Under the pieces are notes generated by a model that was not told the origin of the DNA, did not search any database, and saw nothing but the letters and a program-made list of their open reading frames with translations. Below, piece after piece: positions 37,677 through 46,081 of a stretch of 64,000 nt of DNA. The DNA is from Candidatus Harrisonbacteria bacterium (lineage in GTDB: Bacteria; Patescibacteriota; Minisyncoccia; UBA6257; 02-FULL-45-10c). Numbering within the stretch: position 1 is the stretch's first letter; each line of letters begins with the position of its first letter. The stretch covers positions 3,801 through 67,800 of the forward strand of contig JACROC010000002.1 of NCBI GenBank assembly GCA_016214655.1, given 5' to 3'. A program made the translations under genes and the position numbers.

Positions 37677-37928
37677 TTACCAATTTACTCCTTTTTTAAG
37701 CACGCGATAGAACAGGGCGCCTAGAATCCCAAATAAAACGGGAACAATAAAAAATGCTGGGATGAATAACGGCGAAAAAACATGTGCATCACTTGTTATG
37801 ACCGGTGCTACGATGGAACCTATTAAGATAAGCGATGTAATAGCGATATTTCTACCCCTACATTGCACTTTATATCCCACAAGCACACCTAAACACAGAA
37901 GAAAAACCAACAAAAGCAACCAACCCAT
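37677..37928 (-). CDS. Small multi-pass membrane protein
   Basis: Three hydrophobic segments; promoter 37965-37992. Confidence 0.65.
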   Translation of the reverse strand: MGWLLLLVFLLCLGVLVGYKVQCRGRNIAITSLILIGSIVAPVITSDAHVFSPLFIPAFFIVPVLFGILGALFYRVLKKGVNW

Positions 37929-38023
37929 TACATACCCCCAATAGGATTAAAGAATGCTGTTTATATAGTATCACGCAAAAAAAATCTGTCAATGCAAATA
38001 AAAACCGCCTTTGTGGGGCGGGT

Positions 38024-38176
38024 TTATTTAAGTTTCTTCAAAACCCATTTCTTTCCGTTTTTATCAGTTAAAATAACTTCGTCCGGCCATTCCGAATACG
38101 GCCTTGAATAAGCTTCAGCCAATACATCAGCATTCAATCGCACTAATTCTTTGAGATCTTCCCGGAGTGCATCCAT
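38024..38176 (-). CDS. Small hypothetical protein, 50 aa (not in the ORF track)
   Basis: MDALREDLKELVRLNADVLAEAYSRPYSEWPDEVILTDKNGKKWVLKKLK; GTTCTTTAAAA leader, TTGACT promoter, terminator. Confidence 0.55.
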   Translation of the reverse strand: MDALREDLKELVRLNADVLAEAYSRPYSEWPDEVILTDKNGKKWVLKKLK

Positions 38177-38336
38177 GACATCCCTTCTCATTTTAAAGAA
38201 CTATTTAAATAGTTTATAATTTTAAAATTAAATAAGTCAAATAAAAAATATAAAACCCTACATTTACGTAGGGTCATTATCAGATTTATTTTCTGAATTA
38301 TCGCCGGTCGACGGTAAATTGGAGGGTGTCTCATTT

Positions 38337-38807
38337 TTATTTATCATTGTCCTTTTTCTTTCTGACTTTTTCTAGAATATCCGAACGAACATAAACATAT
38401 TTATCCCGTGGCAGGAACCAAGGTATTAAGGCACGGAGTAATTTATTTCTAGGAGCAGAAGCCGCTAAAACGCCATTTTTTTGAAAACTGACTACAACGC
38501 TTTCATTATTTACTTCAATTGAACCGATGAGATTATCCCCTAATACTGCTAAGAAAAAAGGGTTGTCCACGATGCTTACATAATTTTCACCTGCTACCCT
38601 AACCTTCATAGTCATACTACTGGTATATACATTTAAAACCGTTCCTTGTAGTAAAGCACCGCCATTACCAATGGCACTAACCCAGACAGTAACGGTAGAC
38701 TTATGGACCAACTTATTTAAATTGTTTAAATCGTCCAATTCTTTTGCAAAAATATTGGAAGAACAAAATAAAAATAGTCCGATGACCATAACCATCTTTT
38801 TCTTCAT
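38337..38807 (-). CDS. Exported hypothetical protein
   Basis: Signal peptide MKKKMVMVIGLFLFCSSNIFA; AGGAGG SD. Confidence 0.7.
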   Translation of the reverse strand: MKKKMVMVIGLFLFCSSNIFAKELDDLNNLNKLVHKSTVTVWVSAIGNGGALLQGTVLNVYTSSMTMKVRVAGENYVSIVDNPFFLAVLGDNLIGSIEVNNESVVVSFQKNGVLAASAPRNKLLRALIPWFLPRDKYVYVRSDILEKVRKKKDNDK

Positions 38808-38883
38808 TTCCAACCTCCTTTTTCAATGAGCATTCTCTGCTTTTCAGCAGTGTTGATATATTAACATAAAATTTTTATAAATC

Positions 38884-38922
38884 AAATCTGGATCGGCAAC
38901 TGGAGCGGGTTAGAACCTGTTT
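38884..38922 (+). repeat. Cassette boundary site F
   Basis: aaatctg gatc ggcaactgg agcggg ttagaac ctgttt. Confidence 0.8.
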
Positions 38923-38970
38923 GGTGAGGTTATAAAAAAAACCGCTGGGCGAACCAAGCGGCTGTTTTTA

Positions 38971-39153
38971 TCAAACAAGTGCAACTTGAAATTGATTTTT
39001 ATCGTCTGTATAACCTCGAATTTCAGCAACTTGCTTCGCACTACCATCTCTAGATGTTGAACAAAGATTGCAAGTTCCCATACGAATTTTATTGGGAGGC
39101 ACTTCTATACCCACTTTCTTTAAGCATCCAACACAATAAGTATGTATACTCAT
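38971..39153 (-). CDS. Small zinc-finger-like protein
   Basis: CVGC and CNLC; promoter 39184-39212; lies between sites F and G. Confidence 0.65.
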   Translation of the reverse strand: MSIHTYCVGCLKKVGIEVPPNKIRMGTCNLCSTSRDGSAKQVAEIRGYTDDKNQFQVALV

Positions 39154-39214
39154 TCCTTTTCTCGCTAATAATGTTCTGTAACTATATTATTCTCTAATCA
39201 AAAATAAATCAAAT

Positions 39215-39253
39215 AAATTTAGGTCAGCAACTGGATCGAGTCGGAACCTGTTT
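39215..39253 (+). repeat. Cassette boundary site G
   Basis: aaattta ggtc agcaactgg atcgag tcggaac ctgttt. Confidence 0.8.
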
Positions 39254-39288
39254 AGTTGAGTCATAAAAGAAAAAAGTCATTCGCGCGA

Positions 39289-39762
39289 CTATTGATTCTC
39301 TCTGACTTGATTATTATCTTTGAAGTCTTGATACAAACCCGAAGATTTATCCTCATTAAACCAATAATTTTTTTCATTAGGATTGATTGAAATAAGGCTA
39401 CGAACTAATTGGTCTTTGGTGCAACAGAGTGAGGTTCGTTTGCCGTATCGAAATCTGTACGTTTTCTGCCAAAGTTTTGCCGTCTCTGTCACGGGCTCTT
39501 CAACTATGACTGGTCCCCAAAAATGGAGTCCTAATCTGCAAAGAAATTTTATTTCCTTATCGTCTGTATTTAAACCACCAGATTCTAGCAAATGGCTTCG
39601 TGCCTCATCCATGAAAACAATAGTGAAAATGGTGAGCAAATACATCAAAAGCCAAAAAATTAAGATTCCCTTCAATCCCCAGACTAAAACGATAAACGCC
39701 ACCAGAAGCCAGTCTTGTAAACCAGCTGGTCTCGTGGAAAGTATTAATTTAACTAACTTCAT
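39289..39762 (-). CDS. Membrane protein with a CRLGLHFW motif
   Basis: Two TM segments; promoter 39803-39831; lies between sites G and H. Confidence 0.65.
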   Translation of the reverse strand: MKLVKLILSTRPAGLQDWLLVAFIVLVWGLKGILIFWLLMYLLTIFTIVFMDEARSHLLESGGLNTDDKEIKFLCRLGLHFWGPVIVEEPVTETAKLWQKTYRFRYGKRTSLCCTKDQLVRSLISINPNEKNYWFNEDKSSGLYQDFKDNNQVRENQ

Positions 39763-39829
39763 TTCCCATCTCCTTTTCAACGAGCGTTAGGTGCTGATAA
39801 ATATATTACTAAGAAATAAGAATAAAATC

Positions 39830-39868
39830 AAACCTGGGTCGTCTAGTGAACAATGTTAGAACTTGTTT
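39830..39868 (+). repeat. Cassette boundary site H
   Basis: aaacctg ggtc gtctagtga acaatg ttagaac ttgttt. Confidence 0.8.
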
Positions 39869-39920
39869 GATGATTTGAAAAATAAAAACCGTTGAGCAAA
39901 TCAACGGTTCCTGAATTCTA

Positions 39921-40343
39921 TTATTCAATTACCTGCGTCATTCCCTTTCCCGTCTTTCCGTGATCCCAACCGGCGCCTTCAACATTCTTTTCCGAATGGA
40001 GGTGAATTTCTAGGGAAATCACCCGCCAACGCGCATTAATGCCATTGTCCCGCATCACAACATGCGACCACATCTTCTCCTCCCCTGAAACATCTTTGAA
40101 AAGATGTACACAATCGGAATAATCATTACATCGATATGCTTCCATTTTTAGTTCTTTAGAGTCATTTTTCTCAGTAATCAAAGTCCAATTATACCGGTCA
40201 TGCATCAATACGCGAACGATATTCTCAACTTTCTCCTCCGAAATTCTCGAGATCCTTTTCATTTCTTGCCGCGTCACTGTATAAATAGTAGATAAACACA
40301 AGGCAATACACATCAAAACTAAAACCCTATAAAGATTTTTCAT
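39921..40343 (-). CDS. Membrane-anchored hypothetical protein
   Basis: AAGGAGG SD; N-terminal TM segment; promoter 40382-40410. Confidence 0.7.
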   Translation of the reverse strand: MKNLYRVLVLMCIALCLSTIYTVTRQEMKRISRISEEKVENIVRVLMHDRYNWTLITEKNDSKELKMEAYRCNDYSDCVHLFKDVSGEEKMWSHVVMRDNGINARWRVISLEIHLHSEKNVEGAGWDHGKTGKGMTQVIE

Positions 40344-40460
40344 CGCCCCTCCTTTGCTTCCCCTTATTTAGTACTATTTAAAAATTACCACAATATATTT
40401 ATTCTGTCAATTAAACGTACCGGCGAGTTCAATAAGTAAGTGCACCATTTGGTAAAAAAG

Positions 40461-40754
40461 TTATTTCTTACTGACATCGATTATCTCCTCCCAAAACATG
40501 GTGGCGCTATTCGTAGGATCACCTTCACCATTAATACCGCAAAGTTCCACACCCCCTTCGCTGATGCCGCGCACTACCAATTGCTGAATTACTTCAATGC
40601 TTCCATTTCCCTTTCGCCTGGTAACTTCTACCATACCTTTTTCAAGAGATTCTTCCGACAAGAAAATCTCCAAGGATGCTTGAAAAATTAGGCGAAGGCG
40701 CTCACGTTTTTCTTGATCAGATTCTTTTTGGGGACCGCGTTCAAATTGACTCAT
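40461..40754 (-). CDS. Hypothetical protein
   Basis: 97-aa ORF. Confidence 0.55.
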   Translation of the reverse strand: MSQFERGPQKESDQEKRERLRLIFQASLEIFLSEESLEKGMVEVTRRKGNGSIEVIQQLVVRGISEGGVELCGINGEGDPTNSATMFWEEIIDVSKK

Positions 40755-40801
40755 TTATAAAATAGGGATCATTATGATGAATAATATTAAAACTTCTTTA
40801 A

Positions 40802-41695
40802 TCAATCTCGAATTAACATCACCCCAACAATCATAATAGCAAAAAGCAGTGCTTTTTTGGCAATTGCCCAACCATCAATTTCCTCTCTAAATACACCCGG
40901 CAGATTTTTTGATAAAAACCTGGCATAAAATACCAGAAAAAATGGCGTGAGCATCGAAATGCTCTTCGCCATACTTACTGAAGCAAGCGCAATCGCGTAA
41001 CTTTCGGAAACAAAGGCAATAAAGGTGAATGTTTCCTCAGCCGCAAAAACCGGAAACATTTGCCTGAAAATGTTGACGTTAGCTATAATGTCACTTCTTG
41101 TGCGTTGTGGAATTAAGAAAAGCAAAGCCAGCAAAAGCGCCGTTCCCCCTTCCCCAACAAGCACAGTACCCAAATTCACTCCTTGTCCAAAAAGATATTT
41201 GATCAACACCCCCTCAAATGAAAGAATAAAAGCCGCCAATCCAATATACCAGAAAGCCTTGCTGAATCGAAAATCTTCTTTCCAACCTCTTAAACTCAAA
41301 AGCGTGCTGCTCAATATAAGCAATCCGATACCAACATATTGAAACAAAGTCAGAACTTCACCGACAATAAAAAAGGCCAAGATGGGAATGAAAATTCTCC
41401 CCAACGAGAAAAAGGAAATGGCAATAGAAGTGTCATCGCTTTGCAGTCCTTTATAGTAAGGATAAAGATATATAATATTAATGAAGCCCAAAAGAAATAA
41501 AATCGGGAAAACAGCCGCCGACGGCATGACTGGCTTAAAAAAAATAAAAACTAATGGGAGAAACAAAAGATTAAATAAAGAAGTGTAAAATGCGAGAGTG
41601 GTTGGATTTTTAAATTTTTGATTAACTAAAAAATTATCTAAAACGTTGGACAGGGCATAAAAAGCCGGCGCTAAAAATGCAATCAACAGCCACAT
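40802..41695 (-). CDS. DMT/EamA family transporter
   Basis: About 10 TM helices in two EamA-like repeats; PILAFFIVGEVL. Confidence 0.85.
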   Translation of the reverse strand: MWLLIAFLAPAFYALSNVLDNFLVNQKFKNPTTLAFYTSLFNLLFLPLVFIFFKPVMPSAAVFPILFLLGFINIIYLYPYYKGLQSDDTSIAISFFSLGRIFIPILAFFIVGEVLTLFQYVGIGLLILSSTLLSLRGWKEDFRFSKAFWYIGLAAFILSFEGVLIKYLFGQGVNLGTVLVGEGGTALLLALLFLIPQRTRSDIIANVNIFRQMFPVFAAEETFTFIAFVSESYAIALASVSMAKSISMLTPFFLVFYARFLSKNLPGVFREEIDGWAIAKKALLFAIMIVGVMLIRD

Positions 41696-41827
41696 AAGAA
41701 AATTATAACACGGTAAGAAGCAATTTTATTTACCCCGCCCCAAAACTCACCGTATTTTGAAAAAGAAAAAGCCCCAGATGGGATAAAACCATATAGGGCT
41801 TTTGAAGTTGCTTCTTTCTCCATTGCT

Positions 41828-41980
41828 TCAAAAAAGTTGATTATGCTTCCCTAGCATAAAACCTGCGACATCTTTGTATTCATTCCATTGTTTTCTGACC
41901 TTACTCTTTAAAATAGCGGGTATGGTAATTGGCCAATAAACTACGAACATCACAGCTGTTAAAGCAGTTTCCATTCTCAT
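41828..41980 (-). CDS. Small membrane peptide, 50 aa (not in the ORF track)
   Basis: GAGGGGG SD; MRMETALTAVMFVVYWPITIPAILKSKVRKQW... Confidence 0.45.
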   Translation of the reverse strand: MRMETALTAVMFVVYWPITIPAILKSKVRKQWNEYKDVAGFMLGKHNQLF

Positions 41981-42050
41981 ACCCCCTCTTCCTTTTGAGT
42001 TTATACTTCAGAGTACTGCGTATATAATATATTAAAATAATCCTTTTGTT

Positions 42051-42125
42051 AAAAAAAGAGCCCCGGTACTATAAAAGCTACTGGGGGAGGTGCCTGCTAC
42101 CCCCGCTCTCGAACAGGAACCTCAA
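42051..42125 (-). ncRNA. Candidate ~75-nt small RNA cassette
   Basis: TTGACT at 42154-42159, hairpin 42087-42098/42112-42123, then terminator; no ORF. Confidence 0.35.
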
Positions 42126-42177
42126 TATATTAATATCATATCGTTGTTAATAAAGTCAATTAAAAAAACCGCCCTTA

Positions 42178-42456
42178 TTAAGTGATTTCACGCAACATAT
42201 CAACTAAAACAGGGTCTTCTATATATCTCCAAAATCTGGGCAAAGGAGCGTAATAGGTTCGATTCCATTCGTCTCCAGAACAGGAGCATGGCAAAAATGG
42301 ATAAACGGTAATCAGTTGTTTCGTTTGAAATCCTTTGAGTAAAGGAAGCAGCTCTTCCGGCTTTAATCGGGTGCGAGCTTCCAATTCGAGAGAACTCTGG
42401 ATCCCGCCTTCTTTTAAAGCGTGAATCAGCCTGTCCACGGCCATTTTCTTTTCCAT
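42178..42456 (-). CDS. Hypothetical protein, possibly winged-helix
   Basis: TTGACA-17-TAAGAT promoter, GTTCGTTTAAAA leader, AAGGAG SD. Confidence 0.65.
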   Translation of the reverse strand: MEKKMAVDRLIHALKEGGIQSSLELEARTRLKPEELLPLLKGFQTKQLITVYPFLPCSCSGDEWNRTYYAPLPRFWRYIEDPVLVDMLREIT

Positions 42457-42571
42457 TCTCCTTCCTTTTTCAGTTTTAAACGAACTTAAAAGTGCTTCTA
42501 TCTTATTTCAAGATTTACTATCTGTCAAAAGAAAAACCGCTTCAGCTTACGCTTTAGCGGTTCTATTTAAT

Positions 42572-42916
42572 TCAAAACACTACGGTCCGCACCACTTCCG
42601 AATATCCGATCATTCCTTGATTTGAACCATGAGGATTCAATAAAACCCACTCGAGATATTTCTTATAAGCCTCCTCACGACTTATTTTTCCGAGAACAAC
42701 CACATTCATTTGCTTTGAACCGCTACAATTAAAAATGATGCGATAATCATCTACCTTTTCCCACTTGACGTCCCCGCGCGTTCCATGAACTTCAGATAAG
42801 TCAGTTGTACTAGAGCTGGGATAAAATTTACTCATAAACCGCCTCTTTAACTCTGGGTTCGCGTTTATTTCATCCAGGAATTTTTTAATTCTCTTATCAT
42901 AAAGTCTCACAATCAA
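42572..42916 (-). CDS. Hypothetical protein
   Basis: 114-aa ORF with a terminator; start uncertain. Confidence 0.55.
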   Translation of the reverse strand: MIVRLYDKRIKKFLDEINANPELKRRFMSKFYPSSSTTDLSEVHGTRGDVKWEKVDDYRIIFNCSGSKQMNVVVLGKISREEAYKKYLEWVLLNPHGSNQGMIGYSEVVRTVVF

Positions 42917-43003
42917 CTCCTATTTATTTGTAAACTGTCTTGATAAAGTGTATTTCAAAAGCGCTCTATAGTCAACTTTCATATTCTAGAGGATACTAAA
43001 GTC

Positions 43004-43042
43004 AAATTTGGGTCACCTAGTGAATAATACAAGAACCTATTT
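43004..43042 (+). repeat. Cassette boundary site I
   Basis: aaatttg ggtc acctagtga ataata caagaac ctattt. Confidence 0.75.
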
Positions 43043-43086
43043 AATCGAATTGTAAAAGAAAAAAGCGCGATTCATCGCACTTTTAG

Positions 43087-43353
43087 TTACCTCACCACAT
43101 CCCGAACTGCGGCAACAGACTCAAGTTCATTCTCGAAGAAACACCCCCCTTTCAATCCTTGCTCGTCTTGAAAAGCCACTGCATAAATAAATTCGCCGCT
43201 ATGGTCACCTCGCGCTACATTCATAACATAACCAACTCTGCCGAATAATTGCCGGCGCTCCCTGCTGAAGAAAAACTTATAAAGAAAACTGACATTGCGA
43301 ACTCGAACTTCATCAAGTACCTCAAAACGCGCTGTTTTCTGCTGTCCCATCAC
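43087..43353 (-). CDS. Small hypothetical protein (SH3/KOW-like pattern)
   Basis: F..LDEVRV...GRVGYV...YAVAF...FFENELE; AAGGAG SD; promoter 43382-43409. Confidence 0.65.
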   Translation of the reverse strand: MMGQQKTARFEVLDEVRVRNVSFLYKFFFSRERRQLFGRVGYVMNVARGDHSGEFIYAVAFQDEQGLKGGCFFENELESVAAVRDVVR

Positions 43354-43485
43354 TACTCCTTATAGAAATATGCTATTCACTATATTACTAAGAATAAAAA
43401 ATAAGTCAATTGTTTTTCGAGTGAATAAATAGGTCTAGAACCCGCTTCATAAATACATAAAAAAGCGATATTAAATATAGCCCTA

Positions 43486-43821
43486 TCAATCTCCAAATTT
43501 TACCAACTTGTCACCCCCTGAAAGAACATAGTCGGTTGTCACTACAAGAATCTCTCCTATAAAAATCTGAGACTTGCCATCTTCTGCACTTAACACAGAC
43601 ATTCCCGCCTTTCTTTTCAAGATATTCACCGGATTGCTTTCGTTTGGACCTATCGAAAATACGGTAATCGTATCATGTTTAGAAATACGGAGCCCCTTTG
43701 AATTCATAAAATTCCTGAGGCAGGTTATATTATCCCCGTCTATATATGTAACCGTAAAACACTTTCTTTTGTGCTCTAAAGTAATAACATTTGTCTTATG
43801 AGAATTCTTTTTAATACTCAA
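43486..43821 (-). CDS. Hypothetical protein
   Basis: AAGGAG SD before a TTG start. Confidence 0.55.
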   Translation of the reverse strand: MSIKKNSHKTNVITLEHKRKCFTVTYIDGDNITCLRNFMNSKGLRISKHDTITVFSIGPNESNPVNILKRKAGMSVLSAEDGKSQIFIGEILVVTTDYVLSGGDKLVKFGD

Positions 43822-43868
43822 GAACTCACTCCTTATATATCAATTAACTAAGAAAAGACTAGCAAATC

Positions 43869-43907
43869 TGGTATGGTTTGTCTAACGGAAAATGTTACAA
43901 CTGAAAT
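43869..43907 (+). repeat. Cassette boundary site K (degenerate)
   Basis: gttt gtctaacgg aaaatg ttacaac; same spacing, closest to site H. Confidence 0.55.
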
Positions 43908-43990
43908 AATGAAAACGTAATTTATTGATTTATTAAAGATTTTTTATTAGAATATGGTCAGAATAAAACCTACCTTAAAAAAGGAATACA

Positions 43991-44119
43991 ATGAAAATGA
44001 ACTGGGTGGCATTTACTGTTGTCTTCTTTGCCTTTCTTGCGGCCACCGGCAATGTACTTTCTGGATTGTTATGGGGTGTGGCTCTCGGATTACTATTTGC
44101 CAATACAAAAAGCAAATAA
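43991..44119 (+). CDS. Small membrane peptide, 42 aa (not in the ORF track)
   Basis: AAGGA SD; MKMNWVAFTVVFFAFLAATGNVLSGLLWGVALGLLFANTKSK. Confidence 0.55.
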   Translation: MKMNWVAFTVVFFAFLAATGNVLSGLLWGVALGLLFANTKSK

Positions 44120-44585
44120 CATTGTCCCAATCTCTCCGCTCATATCTTGAGCGGATTTTTTATTTTTACACCGCCTCGCTACTCGCTATATTTCTTAAAA
44201 AAAGCCCCGAATGGGATTGAACCATTTAGGGGGCTTTGGGATCAACTGCCAGATCTTCAGGCAACGATACGAAAATTTAGCCAAGTCGGCGGCTTACCGT
44301 TCCATAATTCATCAGCGGTCAGCGACGGAAGAGAAAGCTCTTGAAATTCGTCTTCTCCGCTCTTTTTGGAAAAATACTGGATGACTGCCCCCGTCCCATC
44401 AATTCTTTATTTTTTTAGAATGAACTTCCTTCCTATATCCGATAACCACTGCCGTGGATTCTAATATACTCGAGGATGATATTACATTCGTCCCAAATCT
44501 TTTACCGCGAATTTACATCCGGCAATTTCTTCAAAAATCTTATCTTAAAAATAAATTAAGTGGTAAATCTGGTATAATATAATAA

Positions 44586-44750
44586 ATGAGCAGAAAATCA
44601 CTTATCTGGATTAGTATGCTTTTGGGCTCAACAATCGGGGGCTTCGTCCCGATACTCTGGGGCGGAGATGCACTCTCCTTTTCCTCGATACTTCTAAGCG
44701 GCATCGGAGGGATTCTTGGCATCTGGTTCGGTTTTAAATTTGGAGAATAA
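44586..44750 (+). CDS. Small Gly-rich membrane protein, 54 aa (not in the ORF track)
   Basis: MSRKSLIWISMLLGSTIGGFVPILWGGDALSFSSILLSGIGGILGIWFGFKFGE. Confidence 0.7.
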   Translation: MSRKSLIWISMLLGSTIGGFVPILWGGDALSFSSILLSGIGGILGIWFGFKFGE

Positions 44751-44761
44751 AAAATAAATCA

Positions 44762-45040
44762 ATGATTAAAATCGTCGGTAATGACATTTTTAAAAACGGA
44801 CAGAAAATCGGCTGGGTACAAAGCGATGATATTTACGATTCCAGCGGCAGAAAATTGGGGTATTACTCAGGCAATGATATTTATAACCGTAGCGGCACCA
44901 AAATCGCCTACGTTGAAGGCGGCAGTATAAAGAGGGAAAATGGCTCTACGATCAGCGTTGAGCAAAATCGGCTGCGTATTACCGGTGGAAATTATTCTGA
45001 TATCTGCAGAGCTGCCATTCGTTTACTTTTTGGAGATTAA
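44762..45040 (+). CDS. Small beta-repeat protein
   Basis: Repeats of G.DIY...G.K(I/L)G. Confidence 0.7.
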   Translation: MIKIVGNDIFKNGQKIGWVQSDDIYDSSGRKLGYYSGNDIYNRSGTKIAYVEGGSIKRENGSTISVEQNRLRITGGNYSDICRAAIRLLFGD

Positions 45041-45043
45041 ATC

Positions 45044-45553
45044 ATGCAATTCCCCAAACGAAGATTATCCGATGCTCTTAAAATACGAGATGACGGACCA
45101 ATATACCTTACGCCAGAAGGCATTAAACGCTTAAAGGAAAAACTTATTCGCCTTAAGCAAGAACTTCCCGATCTCATAGCCGAAGCAAAACGGACAGCCG
45201 CGTATGGCGACCGTTCGGATAATGCAGAATATAAAGAGGCGAAATCAATTCTCCGCCGAACGCACCGGCAAATTCTCGGCACCGAAGATCAGCTTAAGCG
45301 CGCGATAGAAATCACTCTGGGCCGCAATGCCACCGGAACAATCAAGCTTGGTTCCACCGTTATACTGGAATCAAAAGAGAGGGTGCGCAAGACATTTCAA
45401 ATCGTCGGCCCTTACGAAACTAACCCCGAAAGAGGGCGCATCTCGCACCAGTCTCCGCTTGGCGCCGCACTTATTGATCACACAAAAGGAGAGAAGATAA
45501 CAATACAAACAATGAATGGCCCCAAAGAATTTCTGGTCATTGAAGTTCACTAA
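45044..45553 (+). CDS. GreA/GreB family transcription elongation factor
   Basis: YLTPEG, GDRSDNAEY, ISHQSPLGAAL. Confidence 0.9.
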   Translation: MQFPKRRLSDALKIRDDGPIYLTPEGIKRLKEKLIRLKQELPDLIAEAKRTAAYGDRSDNAEYKEAKSILRRTHRQILGTEDQLKRAIEITLGRNATGTIKLGSTVILESKERVRKTFQIVGPYETNPERGRISHQSPLGAALIDHTKGEKITIQTMNGPKEFLVIEVH

Positions 45554-45571
45554 TATGATATAATTAACAAC

Positions 45572-46057
45572 GTGATCCCGCATGGTCCAAAAGATACTTT
45601 TAATCACTTAACTGGCCGTAAAGGTTTTGATTATAATCAAATCACAGATGAGATTTTTATTGGCACCAATATGTGTTGCCAATTCGGTTTCTCTAAAGAA
45701 CTCCTATTGAAAGGAGTACGCGCCGATATCAGCCTTGAACAAGATCGTACAGATGCGCCCGATGGCGTGGATTATTTTTTGTGGCTTCCAACAGAAAATG
45801 GTAAAGCTCCAAATCCTAAAAATCTTGAAATCGGAGTTAAATTTTTGGATTTTTTAATTAACAATAAGATAAAAACTTTTATTCACTGCAAGAACGGCCA
45901 TGGGCGCGCGCCCACTCTTTTCGCTGCTTATTTAATTAGCCGCAGCATGAACGTTCAAGATGCGGTTAAATTAATCACATCTAAACGGCCGACAATCCAC
46001 CTAACTGATTTACAAATGCAAGCGCTTAATGAATATAAAACAGGCGTAACCAATTAA
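45572..46057 (+). CDS. Dual-specificity phosphatase family protein
   Basis: HCKNGHGRA (HCx5R). Confidence 0.88.
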   Translation: MIPHGPKDTFNHLTGRKGFDYNQITDEIFIGTNMCCQFGFSKELLLKGVRADISLEQDRTDAPDGVDYFLWLPTENGKAPNPKNLEIGVKFLDFLINNKIKTFIHCKNGHGRAPTLFAAYLISRSMNVQDAVKLITSKRPTIHLTDLQMQALNEYKTGVTN

Positions 46058-46081
46058 TTGCGGCGGCATCTGAAAAATTTA

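Larger units (their letters stand above)
27949..44235. other. Array of self-contained mini-cassettes with repeated boundary sites
   Basis: About 25 short units, mostly minus strand, most with their own TTGACA/TTGACT/TTGATT-16/17-TAATAT-like promoter and terminator; at least 10 copies of a ~39-bp site. Confidence 0.75.

Noticed and set aside
30902-43907. Boundary sites as CRISPR repeats or classical integron attC sites
   Set aside because: Spacing is gene-sized and irregular, the copies are degenerate, they lack the RYYYAAC...GTTRRRY ends with a long attC hairpin, and no cas1 or intI gene is in the window.
27949-44235. Prophage
   Set aside because: No structural, terminase, integrase or replication genes; the units are individually promoted and terminated.
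44202-44236. tRNA fragment (GGGATTGAACC)
   Set aside because: No cloverleaf; it is a copy of the terminator-like hairpin also found at 33651 and 41771.
44257-44540. Degenerate minus-strand pseudogene
   Set aside because: The frames I translated have several stops and no recognisable motif, so no product or frame can be supported.
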